Source of the DNA: Adineta vaga
Taxonomy: Eukaryota > Animalia > Rotifera
Reading direction: 5' to 3'
Assembly: GCA_021613535.1 (NCBI GenBank)
Contig: CP075495.1
Location: 13,764,001 to 13,828,000 of the forward strand
DNA length: 64,000 bases
In this document: in pieces, positions 40,843-56,438 of the stretch
Layout: each line of letters starts with the position of its first letter
Position numbering within the stretch: the first letter of the stretch is position 1
The notes under the pieces: model-generated
What the model was told of the DNA's origin: nothing
Databases searched by the model: none
What the model saw: the letters and a program-made list of their open reading frames with translations, nothing else
Translations under genes and position numbers: made by a program

Positions 40843-43800
40843 TTAATATTGACCATTGTCTCCTAAAAATGAGAAATAATAAGAGTTTGTTAGAATATTT
40901 CTATGATGATATACCTCGTAACACAAGTGTCACAGGTCCCGGATGCATATGTCCCGTTTGTAAATAGATTGATGGAGATATAGGTGGTGTAGGATAATAA
41001 AAAACTTGCATAGGATAATAAGTAGCGTTGGGATGAAGTCCATTCATTGCAGCTGTTGTCATTGGAGAATTCACTGTTGAAGCAGATGTTGTTGTTGGTT
41101 GTGGAAGAGAACCATTAGATATCGTTGCTGTTTGCGAAGAAGCAGCAGCAAGAGATATAGGCATTGTTTGTGATAACATTTGTGGTGGAATTGATGATAT
41201 CGGTACAAGTGGTGCAGCTATAATGAAAATAATCAATTGATATGTATTCAAAAAGAAAGAAAATATTTACCTCGATGAGAAGAATACATTGGTTGCCGTT
41301 GTACATTATGTGGAATTAAATTTGATGGAACAAGACCAAGTAAAATATGATTCATATCTTCACCTGAACATTGAAGTATTTCAATATACTTTTTTTTACC
41401 ATTAAAAAACATATATTTATTATTTTTATGCATAGCTGTATTAAATGAAGCTGCTTCAGAATCCATTTGAATGAATGCTTCACCCGATGGTTGACCCTAA
41501 ATATACATAATAAAACGAAATTTATCTAAATATATCGAATGATGTCACTTACATGTGCATTGTATACCATATGAACACCTTGTGCCAACTTAATAAACAA
41601 AACAAAAGATTCTATTTGTCAACAAAAATCAGAGTTGTCTTACAATATGTTGTGAATGCATTCCAAGAAATTCAAGTATTTGTTCTATACCGCATTCAAC
41701 AGGTAAATTACGAACACGAATACAATCTTTTTTATTACCACCTGTTAACATTTCCGGTGGTAAAATTGGTAATGGTGCAAATGGAATATCTTTTAATGAT
41801 GTCTGAAAATTTTTCGGATCTTGACTTCGACGAAAAACCTAAATACAATCCAATATCAATTATATCTTCGAAAGAAAGAAAAAAAAACTATTCGGTAATC
41901 AAACTAACTTGTTGTACTTCAGCTGTTGTACTACGAAAAAGTTCGATATATCGTGTACCCATGATTTCTTTATGTTTAAGTAATGCATCTGTTGCATCAT
42001 TTTCACTTTTAACCATAACAAAAGCATCACCTGTACTTCGTCCATCAGGATAATGAACAAATAGAACACCTTCTTCACCATCAACGACATACGTTGGTAT
42101 ATCTCCACGTGTGAAAAATTCGATCTAAATATGATAAGATTAAAGAAATAATGAATATATATGAGAATTTATTGTAGAAATTCGAATGAAATTGGAAAAT
42201 TCTTTTTTGTGTGCACCCCGTTTTAGAAAGAGCAAAGTTGAAGATTTGCCTTTTTTTGTTCCTATCAAATCTACATTATAAATCGTGCAAAATATAAAAG
42301 AATTTCTCTAGAAGACCCATTTTCTTTGCAAAGTATTTGTTTTTTGGTATTTTATGAAAGAAAATTTTCCTATTCACTAGTTTTTCTTTTACACTATTCA
42401 ATTTCAATTAATAGAAACAAAAAATACCGATAAAAGAAAAATAAATGAGATGAATTCAATACTATAATATTAATGAAACCTACGAGACAATATATTATAT
42501 TTCCTTTCTTTTCCTTCTTCTTTAACTATTATATATTTATATATATATACTTTCCTAGAATGAAAATAAACAATGTCACTTTTTCCCAAAAGGCGTTTTC
42601 TTATGGCGTTAAATATAATTTCTTATTTATTATTAAATTGCATATACACACATACAAATGTATTTATATGATCATTAACCATCCAAATCCCAAGTTGTTG
42701 TGTTGTTTTGTTAAAGCATCTTACATACACGCATACATTCTGCCCACAGATGCGCCCTTTCCCCTCTGCACAATAAAACACGCAAGTCTGTACCCTATCC
42801 CATCGAAAACTTTTATCCCGGTTGAGTTTTTTTTTCAGTTTTGTCGTGCTCCCAACATTCGGTGTTTAACAGCTGCTATTTCCCTTCACATGTACACACG
42901 CATACACACATAAACAAAATGCGATTTAAGAAAAAATTCGGTAGTATCATTTTTTAACTATAACCTTCCCGCTGCCCGCAAGAGATTGAGAAAAAAAACA
43001 ATGAATAATAGTAAGATTTCCCCGCGTGCATAGGTTTTTTTTACACAATAACGCTGTATTATTATGTTTTGTTGTTCTGCAATACCTGTATTTTCTATTT
43101 CATCATCGACTCGATTTATCTGCAATAAAAATATACGTATTGAAAACTTCAACATGACCCGACATAGAAAACATTCAAATTTGTTTGTGTTTTTGTTTTA
43201 TGTTAGAAAAGTCATAAACAATTAACCATTATTCATTTTATAGAAGATTTCGCATACGACACCACTTAAGCACAGAGAGCTATACATGCATGAAAGATAC
43301 TCACCACATCTCGAGCTGTTGCATCGAAGGGTAAACCACGCATACGAATAATGACTTGACCATCACGTTGTAAAAATGCTTGAGCTTCCGAATTGGATCC
43401 TAGATAAATAAAAGAGAAGATTATTGATCATGAAATATAAAACAAAAAAAAATACAAGATTAGAGGATCTTTCTTAGCATTCTCACCGAATTTCTGCATC
43501 AAGTTGAATAAATTGATTAATGAAATAACTTTTCTCTTTCTACTTTAGTCAGAATTGGGCTTTAATGTTATTAAAAATATCAAAACGTAAAGAAAAAAAC
43601 GAATGCATTTCTCCCTTCTTTTTCCTTTGTCATTTTAGTGTGCTAACCGGTATAACTTATATTAAAAACAGATTGTATGATTACAATAAGAAAAAAAGAA
43701 AAGAATGCAAATGAACTAAATCTATTCCAAAATATCGATACAAACTTTTTAGATAATTTAAATAATGATAATATAGATTGCCGTTGTAGGACACGCCTTT

Positions 43801-46800
43801 TGTGTTGCCCATTGATGTGTATTTATATATATATATATATATATCGATGAAAGATTTTACATTGAACAGTGCAGTATTGCTATGTGTATGTAAACTTATA
43901 TGAGAGTAGAGTAAAACCTTAGAGAATTTGTTGCGCGTGTTTATATGTGACGTGATTTCTTTTCTTCTTTTTTTGTGCACAACGTTTAAGAAGAAGAATG
44001 CAAGAGGGACACCTTACCGGCGTCAATTATTTACCACCACTTTCGATTAGAGAGAAAGAGAGAATGAATGATGAAGAAAGAACATCGGATCGAAGTAGTA
44101 AAGTATTTAACACGTCTGACAAGCATCAGCATCAGTAGTAAGAACGATAAATTTTCGTTGTTGTCGTTCGGTTGACAGACATATTAGTAGCTTGAACACA
44201 CATACATACGCATGACGACTGACAAGTGTGCATTCACTCTCACATACACAAACTCTCTCTCTCTCTTTCTCGCCGTCTTCTTCTTCTTCTTCTTCTTTTT
44301 CGACAAAGGCAAAGAGAAGAACAAGAAAACGAGCCTACTTCATTGTTGTCCTTTCAATCTTTCTGTTTGTTGCCCTTCTATTTGTGATGATGACAATGAT
44401 GAGGATGATGATGATACTAGCGAAAGAACATTGCTACATTGAAAAGATTTTTAATTATTTACCTTCGATATAGGTATGATGATTGACAACAGAACAGAAA
44501 AAGATTAGCTTAGTCTTTCTATTTCTTTCAATATTTTTCTTTGGCAAAAAAACTCATCAATGTCGATGTCTGATATATATATATATATATACATATTTTT
44601 CTGTTTGTCGAGACATCAGACATATAGACAAAGACACGAACTGAACGGCGTTTTATAATGATATATGCTACAATTGTCCATCCGTTCTGTCTTTCGGTCT
44701 CTTTCTTTCTTTCTTTCTATTTCGAATAGCAGCAGTCGTGATTATTCGTGAGTGAATCTTTTAAATCCGCGAGTAAATAGAGATATTCGTTCACGGAGTC
44801 TTTCTCTCTTTTTCTTCTTCTCTTTTTCTTATTTGCATAACCTACTAAGATCGAAATGTTGTCATTCGCTAATGATTGACGACCTTTTGTCAAACAGAAC
44901 AAATTCGATCGTCCGGAAGTTCGAAGTCGAATCAGAATGCTGGCCATTAAAGAATGAATGAAACCTTTTCTTCTTTTATACATATACAGCCAAGTGACAT
45001 ATCAGATGATCAGTAGTTTAAGCCAATAACAACAAATAAATAATATTTGCTTTCACAAGAGGAAGCTCTCTTGTTCTCAGCTTTTTTTTTCTCTTCATCG
45101 ACTCGTTTTATTCTTTCTTTAGTATATGTATGTGTGAAGCACTTGACTGAAAGCATTTCACAATAGGTAGTGATACCTGAGAAATAAATTTGAGATTATT
45201 TTAGAAGACGAAGTGAAAAAAGAACGAAAATCTCGAGTCAATTAAATAAATGGATAGGGAGATGAAAATTCAATAAGTATTTACCTCCAGCAACATTGAG
45301 AAAATCGCGTCCTGTTGATTTATATACTTCAATATAACGTTGACCAATATGATGTTTATGTCGACGAAGAGCTAATTCTCGATGTTCAGCAGTAGTAAAA
45401 CGAATTAATGCTTCACCATTACGACGACCTTGACTGCTGAGACATAAAGCAACACCACCTCTACAAAAATAATACATCATCTTTCTTTTTTGCTCTAAGT
45501 ATGCAGTTCTTTAAATGAACAAAAATAACTTAATTTGAAGAAAAATTATCATAATTCTATTACACTATAGTTTCAATATTTCATACTTTAAAGTAACCAC
45601 AGATTTTAATTTTTATATTCTTTTTCATTAACTCAAAAATAATCAAAATCACAGAATCTCATGTTATGCTTCATAATTTTATTCGATGAATTTCTCAGAC
45701 GTTGAATTTATCTCAAATAACACAGTCGAGTTTTCTCTTCATGTCATAAGATCATTGCATATACTCTTCATCTGTTATGACTTACTTTTCAATATCAAGT
45801 CCACGAAAAAATTTAGCTACATCTTGATCTGTACATTGCCATGGTAAGCCACGTGCTCGAACAACTGTACTTTCTTCGATATTATCTTCTAATGAACTAA
45901 ATTAATCATAAAAAATAATATTCTGATCATCGAATATTAGTGATATTTTATACCATAAGCCTTGTTGTAAATGAAGCATTATCGATTCTGGTTTTTCAAA
46001 ACGATAACCTATAAATAATTGAAAGAAAAATGAATTAGATTTTTGTTTGTAAAGAAGAAATTAAATTTACCATCTTTTAACATTTGATAAACAATTAATT
46101 CCATATTTCTAACATTTTGCATACAATAATCAATTTCATCAACTGGAGCAATTGACAATTCTTAACGAAAGAAATACTGATATTAGAAGAAAAATCAAAT
46201 ATCAAATTTCAATTTAATCTTCGAATTCAAAATCGTCTTTTCAAGGCTACTGTCTATTTCTTTATGACGAATATTCTTACTTTCTAGCATAGTTTTTAAA
46301 TTATGACATTCTGTTGTTGTATACATATGTTCAAATTCATGTCTCATATCAAAATACGACCAGTAATACTTTGGTAATGATATGGTTGACTTTTTTACAC
46401 TTTCTGGATGAAGACATTGACGTAAAGGAAGACAATTCTCGCAAATAAGCGTAAAATTAATATCAAAATCTGGATGTAAGTAACGTTCTTGTAAAAATTT
46501 ATCAAACTATAACAAAAAACAAGTGATTTTTTAAAGAATATAATTCGAAGATATTTACTTTTACTAATGCATCATCAAGATCAGTTTCCGATGAAAATAA
46601 AAGATTCTCATCAATTCCACTAGTTTGTTTCGATTCATCAGTTAAATGTTCAACTAATAATGGTCGAATATATTGACGATGTAAAGCCACTCTCTAATAA
46701 GAATTTAGTCAAATATCTATTCAATAGAATCTATGTAAGAAAAAGAAACTAACTTGTCTTTGATCAACATCAATAATCAGACAAATCATTTCGATAATTT

Positions 46801-46954
46801 CCTGTTCATCAGAACCCATATCATCATCCAATAGGCCAGCAGTAATCACAGAAAATAAACATAGATATTGTTTCGTTTTTGTAGAATTTGTTTCAACATT
46901 CGCTTTTGGTACCACGGCTGTTGTCGACGGCAGAATAGACGATGACGATGTCAT
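40843..46954 (-). CDS. ESRP: Epithelial splicing regulatory protein (ESRP/fusilli): DnaQ-like N-terminal domain plus three RRMs
   Basis: N-terminal MGSDEQEII...[11 protein letters not shown]; RRM1 [23 protein letters not shown]|[21 protein letters not shown]...RYIEVYK; RRM2 [16 protein letters not shown]|IEFF...GRSTGDAFV...RYIELFRST; RRM3 DCIRVRNLP...[11 protein letters not shown]. Confidence 0.95.
43086..43119 (-). other. Candidate 34-nt frameshifting cassette (poison) exon in an ESRP intron
   Basis: Minus strand reads ttttattgcag|ATAAATCGAGTCGATGATGAAATAGAAAATACAG|gtattg inside a phase-0 intron (42125-43304). Confidence 0.5.
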
Positions 46955-49733
46955 TGCAGACAGCAACGTGGTCGGCGAATGCGTGCGAATCCGTTTACAA
47001 TTCAGGTTTAATAGCGTCGTAATAGTCAGTTTCGAAGGCGAACAAGAAATAAAAGATATGAGGATTGAAAGGAAGAGAGACAAAAAAGGATCGGAAAATT
47101 GAAGAAGAACAGAATTAAAGTCAAAGATAGATATCGAAAGTTAAGAGAAGAGAATAACAAATGGTGTCAATTGGCACAAGACTCAATAGTATAAAAAAAA
47201 AGAAGAAAAAGAAATCGATTGAAAAGAAAGACTAATATACATACACACACACAACTGTGACACGCTACAAATAATTGTAAGAGAAAAAAAAAATAAATCG
47301 ATGAGTACGAATAAATGATGACGATCTACTTTTTTTTCTTCTCCTCTTGCTTGATGATATATTTCATTTGAATCTAGAAGAGAAACGACAATCGAATTTG
47401 ATCGATATTTAAATGAAAAAGTAGTTTTTCTTCTTTTGCTTTCTTTGTCTTGTCATGAAAAAGGACCATCTGTTACCTTGGGGTCATCACTAGTGTTCAA
47501 CTTTTTTTTACTACTCTACTGTCTGGTCGTTTTTTGCGCAATCAACCGAACTACAATCACTCCTATGTTCTTTCATACGTTTCGTTTTTTTTCCTTCTCT
47601 TCTTTTCTTTGAATTTCATCTTCTAATGTCCTTCTGTGTTCAGAGGTGATTTTAAAATTCGTAGGCGACAGCTGCTCGTTGTATGAAGTTATTCACATTA
47701 ACGACAGTCGAGAACGCCCGCATCTACTCTCTCAAATAAAAAATGATAAACTATCATGACATCGATAAAGAAGAAAAAAAATCGAAGCAATTCATAGTCA
47801 ATCAGACGTTTTATTTTCTCACTTTTTTTTGGTCTTTAAATTTCTTTTTTAAACTGACCTGTTCATTCTAGAATTGTTAATCTAAAAATAAAATGCATAC
47901 ATATAGTCATACGAAGGTGGGCTATGATCAGAGTATAATGTAGAAGAAAAGAAGAAAAAAAATAGTCCATGAGCGAAAAAGATGCGCTTCAACGTTGATG
48001 ACGAACGTTACGCTTCACCAATTTTTGTCTCTTTGTCCCTAGATGTATAAGAGGGAATGCACATAATACAAAGTCACACCATCTAGCTCTCATCAATAAT
48101 GTTATATTTTCGAATGACCGATATAATGGAGATCAATTTAACATTGATATGATCAAATAGAAGAAAATCAACGAGAAATATCTCAAAGTTTCGTTTTTTT
48201 CTTTTCTTTCGATCAGATTCAATACGATTTCAGATTATTAACTACCATTGCAGAAAGTATCGTGTAAGAAGTGTGACTATAATGTAATACGATCGATTCG
48301 TATTTTGACTTTGTACATCAGATTTTATTTTTCATATTTGAAGAATATTAATTTGAATATTTCATGATTTTTTATAGAAAATCAATTTAGAAGGAGTTTT
48401 ATTGAAAGAAAATTTGATGGTAAATATACATCTCAAAATATTTCTATAGATAATGTTTAATAATTTGTAGAGGATCTAAACATAAAAAGAAAATCAAAAT
48501 GCTCATTAAAAATTCGGTTTTTTATATCAATAATAGAAAAACAGAATGATAGATAACTAATTGAAGATTGTTACCTTGACAATAATGTCAATGAAATTAT
48601 ATACATTTTGATTTGTAATGATTTGATTTTTATTTTTCAATAAATATAGTCTATTTTTCTTCATTGATAACTATTTTATATTTTTATCTATGGTAAGAAT
48701 TTGAATAATTATTTTGATATGAAATAAATGGTGTAAAAATATGACCATGGGTTGATTTTTATTATTATAGGAAAATGCATTCTTAAATAAGTCTTGATTT
48801 TATGTTTCTTTTATATTATTCATAAATATTGATATTATAAATATAATTGTTTATCATTATATTGATCCTGTAACTTCCATAAAGTTTATACATAACGGTA
48901 ACTTTCTTTTCGTACGAGAAATATCTGTAAAAACAAAATTGCTCAAACAATTTATGTATTAATGATTGGAAATATTGATAAAACTTTTCCTACAGCTAAG
49001 ATAGGTTTAGTTCGCACACTATGATATCTGATATTTATTCAAATGTTTCTAAGTGTTACCATTTTCGAAGTATCTAAATAATCTCATCTTCTATCTTTAT
49101 AGAAGACGATCTCCTACAGTCAGACAATAATGTATCAATGATAAGAGTCAACAGACTATTTAGATAAATATTTATTTATATTACCGATCTGATTCTAAAA
49201 GAATCAATATCTCAGTGTCGAATTTATCACATCAAACATCTGCAGTTTCAGAAGGTCTCTATAAAATATACAGAAAGAAAAAACCAATTGCTTCCTATTA
49301 ACTATAAACAATAGTTTATTTTTTTGCTTTCACATCGATGTATTTCTTTTCAATTAATCTTTAGAAAAGTCATTCTATTATGAAGGAAAAATGATTCATT
49401 GATTAGATTTGTTGTTAGAAAAACAAAGTTTTATGTATAGACAAAGAAACGAAGAAAAAAAACAAAATTTTGAATGAAATTTTTTTTGAAAATGCCTATG
49501 TCTTTGCTTATTGATTCATATACACAAGCGCGCGTACAAACACAAGATAATCACAAAGCAAAAAAATTGGAGCGCATTTTGAAAATAGAGGATGAAATAT
49601 ACCAGTGAGATCATTGATAAACGCACACACACGCACAAACACTATCTACATTTCGAAAAGAAATTCAAATGAAATGAAGAAGAAAAAGACGATGACGAAG
49701 AGAAAAAGAAAAGAAAAACAAGAATGAAATTAT

Positions 49734-51482
<1,749 letters not shown>

Positions 51483-51763
51483 TTATTATTCTAGTAGTAT
51501 TTGCTGTTGTTGTTATTTTATTGTATTGTTTGTATTTGTTGGGTCAAAGAGGTAAAGTATTAACACATTAAAAATAACATAAATTAATATTTATGTTGAT
51601 AATGGTGATGTTGTTAATATCACAGAGATCACTCGTGGTTTCAATAACACAAAGAAGAAAACAAAAACAAAAATAACATTGCAAGTATGAGCCAAGTAAA
51701 ACAAATAGGAGGGTTAGCCGGTGTGTGACACAGAGATCGGTTGATTCTGCTGCTGGCTGCTGA

Positions 51764-51815
51764 TGTTGTTGTTGTTGTTGTTGTTGATGATGATGATGAT
51801 GATGATGAGGATGAT
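51764..51815. repeat. Compound (GTT)n(GAT)n trinucleotide repeat upstream of FoxC
   Basis: Direct reading: tgttgttgttgtt...gatgatgatgat. Confidence 0.85.
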
Positions 51816-54800
51816 GGTGTAGACGCTTGTATGTTTTTCGTAATAATAAACAGAAGAATTACGATTTGATCGACTGTTTTTATTACTCTCTCTTTTCTCC
51901 TTTTGACAGCCTTGGACAAGCACACACAAGCGAAGATTTTTTTCTTGGTTAAACAAATATAAGTCTTTCCCGATAATCAAAAATAATATGAGAAGCGCGA
52001 AGAGACTGCTACTAGCGTATGCTTACTCATCAAGCAATTTTTTCTTTCGTCGTAATAAGAATAACAACTCCAATGATCGTTGGTTTGCTCTCGCATCGAT
52101 TTTCTTTTCTCTTTCTCTCTTTCTCTCGCTCTTTTTCTTCTCTGTTTCTTTCATTGTATTCCGTCTCCTGCCAATCGTTATTAGGATGACATTCTTTTTC
52201 TTTTTCTTTTTCTCGCTACTTCATCTTACACGAATCAGAATTTTTGACCAATCAAATCTTCTTGCTAGTCGTTCGTCGCCCAGGAGAGAAAGAATATGTA
52301 TGCGTATGTTGTTGCTGCTTTTGACAAGTCACGGCTGTTCTGCCCGAGCAAAAAAATGTGTGCACGAAAGGAAGAAAGCTTATCAAGCACTTTCGTCGTT
52401 TGCTACATGATTTATTGATAAGTCAATTAAAAGATGTACATACACATATGGCAATAAAGGAAAGATAGGTACTACGTAGAATATTTCTTCGTGTTCCTTT
52501 TCTGATCTATCAAGAGATTTCATAAAGTTTCTTGATGATTGACTAAATATGTCATTCAATTGATTGATCATTAGATCGTCCAGTTCTATAATAATCACTA
52601 AATGATAAAATATGTTTTCAATGTTATATTGATGATGTTAGACTCCCGCTGTTGCACATTGGAATATGAATTGGTAGTAATCAGGAAACAAACGAAGGCA
52701 TGACATTCCTGCTGTGTACAATCCATCAGTATTATAAAGATGAAGAGCAGAGCCAAAAAAAATCTTTTTTTTCCTTTTCTCCATCGTGTATACGAAGGTT
52801 AAAAACAGAAACGACGCAATCTGTGTACCCGTTATCATCATTTGTGCTTCATACTAATTGGAAGAATGATCCATGTGTTCTGATTGTTTTCTCTTGATTC
52901 TAACTTGAAATTTAATCCCATGTGAAATAATCATCTGGAGAAGAAACAATAATTTATAAGTTGAATCCAATCGAAAGATATTTGAAAGTTTATTTCTGGT
53001 TTTACTTTTGGTGTCATATCGAGTTAAAAAATAAAATTGATCTTTTGACACACGTAGATAATCCGTTCTTCCGGCGCCGCTTGATCAATCTCGACTTTTG
53101 CCCAATGGACACAATTAGTGTCCATGTGTATGTTTCGAATAGGATCGTCACGCGGCCATTTAAGATCAGTGACGTAGTTAAAATAATATTTGTATAAACA
53201 AATTTTCCATCGACAGCATCAGAAGGTGTTCATCTGGCTCTTTCCGAGATGATTTACACAAAAGGTTTCATTTCGTTTGTCAGCCTCAAGGCATCGAAAC
53301 TGAAGATGAAAAGATGAATAAATCAAGTGGCACGAGCCGCGCTTCTCCATTCCATCATTGATCATAAATCGCGTCTGTTAAATATCGAACAACATTAAAA
53401 TACACTTGTATTCATTAAGATTATATCTATATCTACCAGAAAAATGATTATCACCAATAAAAGACGATTCAATTACAGGCAAAGTTCATTTCTTCCTTCA
53501 TATATATATATATATATATATATCAATGGATTGGTTCGTAAGATACAAGATGAGTTCATAATTCTTGTTTCAACTGAATATCTAATTTGAAGAAGATGAA
53601 GATAAAAACTTGATCAATTGAATATTGTAAATAGTAAAACTTCATTTAGGTTCTAGTTGTGTCTTTCTGCTTCTCACACTTTCTCTTTCTGTCTGCTTCT
53701 CTTTCTTTTTACCCTAATGGGTTAGATTTTTTTTTGATCAAAGCACATATTTATACAGATTTGTAACATAAATACACATTCGTCGACGACAACGACGAGG
53801 TCTCATAGCAGCAAAAGCAACCATCAACTTTGTTATCCCAGCTTCTTTTCTTTGCTTTTCTCTCAAGCACTCAGAAGAGAGTGCAATGCATTTTCCTCCA
53901 TCCGATTTTCTTTTTTTTTCTTCTCTTATGTAGAACTACGTAGACACTCACACCATCAATATTATTCTTAGTTAGTGATAGTTGTGATTGTTTTAAAAAG
54001 AAAAATAATATGAGCGAAAAAAAAACAGTAGTAACAAAATGAGAAGAATTACTATTTCATTCATGTTCAACCAGAAATTCACATGCTCACATATATACAT
54101 ACAGGTAGGCAGAAAAAAACATCAGTATGGATCGTTTTTATCCGATTGAGTGATAGATAATTGAGCCGACAACGCCCACATATGGTAGTAGTAGTCGAGA
54201 ATTGTTAATGTTAAGAAAACAATTAATTTAGCAAGATTGTGAATGGCATCTTACACTACTACCACCTTTGATATTTCTTTCTCAAGAAGAAAGAAGAGAG
54301 AAAAAGGAAAGGAATCAAGCGTCTATATAAACATATCTCCAACGAGAAACTTATGATGATGATCACATACATATATATATATATCCTTTTAAGAAAGTGA
54401 ATTTTCTATTAATTGAACGTTTGAACATATGCGCTCTACAGATTGTATTGATTTTACGAATAGAAAAGTATGTGTAGAACTTTAATTTTCTTTTTCGATG
54501 AGGAGAAGAAGAAGTAGAGGAAAAAAACGAGTTCATGGCCATTATTTTCTTTTTTAATTTAAATCAGATCATCTATGGAAGCAACAAACTGTGAACTAAT
54601 GATGCCTAAAGAGAAACAATCTTGAAACAAATCAATTGACTGACAGATATCCACGCCCAATTTCGAGTATATTTTTGATTGAGTGCACATCCGGTATATG
54701 TATACATCTTACATGACGACGATGATGATGACGATTACGTATGTCTTGGATTTTCTCGTGATCTATGTGAAAATATACAGCCGGGAAGTCAGTTAGATGA

Positions 54801-56416
54801 AGAAGAGATCAACTGTTTTTCTATCAATGTGTCATCTTTTATGTATATAAACATCGAAAAAATGAATCAAAAGTCTTGTAGCTTGAAGACAATCTATTTT
54901 GATATCTATCGAGTGTGACAAATAGCATAGATGAAACAAAACAAGTAAATCTTTTCTTCTTCTTCTTCTTATAAGACTTAAAAAAACAAAACATGTTGAT
55001 GTGTGTGTTAATCACCAATCCTAAAGAAAGTGTTATGATTAAGAATTTCTTCATCCATTGCATCTATAGACACTTGGAAAAGAAGAAGAATACAATCGTT
55101 GTTCGCAGAATGCTCTTGACTTTTCGATTAACTATGTGCAAATGAAATGACAACAACTGTAGCAATCCAAATGTTTGCTCAATTCAGTGATGATGAAGAT
55201 GAAATTATTAATCATCAACTTTTCTTTTTTCATACAATTTCATAGCTTATGTAAGCATTGAAATGAATATTGAATGTAAATAATTCAACGATAAAGATTT
55301 TCTTTTCTTTTCATTATGATTAGATCATCGATGAGAAATCTAGGTCTTTTGTAAAACAACATGTATTAGAATAGATTATTCTCATGATTAGAGATAAATC
55401 AATCATCAATCGATGAGAACTAAATAGCAGTTGGTTCTGAAATAGTAAATTGTCTTCATTCCAACTTAATGATCATCACAACTGTTTGATTGATGAGAAA
55501 AAATTACATATCATTATCATTTTTTCATAGTTTTTGACAATAGAAATGAGACAGAATAATTTGTTCATAGTTTTTTTCCAACTGTTTCTCACATCAAATT
55601 GATCGGTTATAGACTAGGTACTAGTTTTAATGGCTGTTGATTTAAGGCAACAGCCGATCAACCCTCGGGTATTGCACGTATGCATTCATACATCTCTCTT
55701 TTTCTATGCATATCTTTAGAAATAGGTATGTATAGAGTTGAGTGCTCGTTTGGTCGCTCTCATAATGCACTATTCTCAATAGTGACAATTCATTCTTTAG
55801 CTTCAGATTGTTTGTGAAGAACTTGAAAATGAAAGAACAAAAGTTCCACACTTCTCACAATGATGAAATCTCAAAAAAGAACAACATTAATTCCCATTCG
55901 TTCTTTCATAGGGATTGATAAAGCTAAGTAAAGAAATATTTCCTCGACAAGAAATTGGTTAAGGCGGAGAAGTTGTCAGAGAGCGAGAGGAAGAAATGCA
56001 ATGTTTGTTTAACTTGTTCCATTAACATGTCTCGGGACCGTAGAAAGTACCAAACGTATTGATTCGATGAACAGGAAAATTGGGTGGGCTAATTTGAATA
56101 AACATACGCTAGGAAAGATAAGTGCAAGCATACACCGTGTCTTTATGCCTCAAGCCAATCATCAAACTCATCAATTGAATAATATTGGCCAAGAAAAAGG
56201 AAAGAAATAAAGCAAAATTCTTTGCTTTAGTCAAGCGAAAAAAAATAACTAATTTCTTTTTCTTTCATTGTAAATTGAGAAAATTTTCATTTTCTTTTCG
56301 TGATGTTATTTTAAGATATTATAAACGTCTGCTGATGTTGCTGATCATTCCCACATCGATACTCATATTTTTGTGTATATTGCAACCAACGATAAACTTG
56401 TTTACTGTTCTTCCTT

Positions 56417-56438
56417 TCTCTCTCTCTCTCTCTCTCTC
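56417..56438. repeat. (TC)n microsatellite
   Basis: Direct reading; a (GA)n tract also occurs near 11159-11175. Confidence 0.85.
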
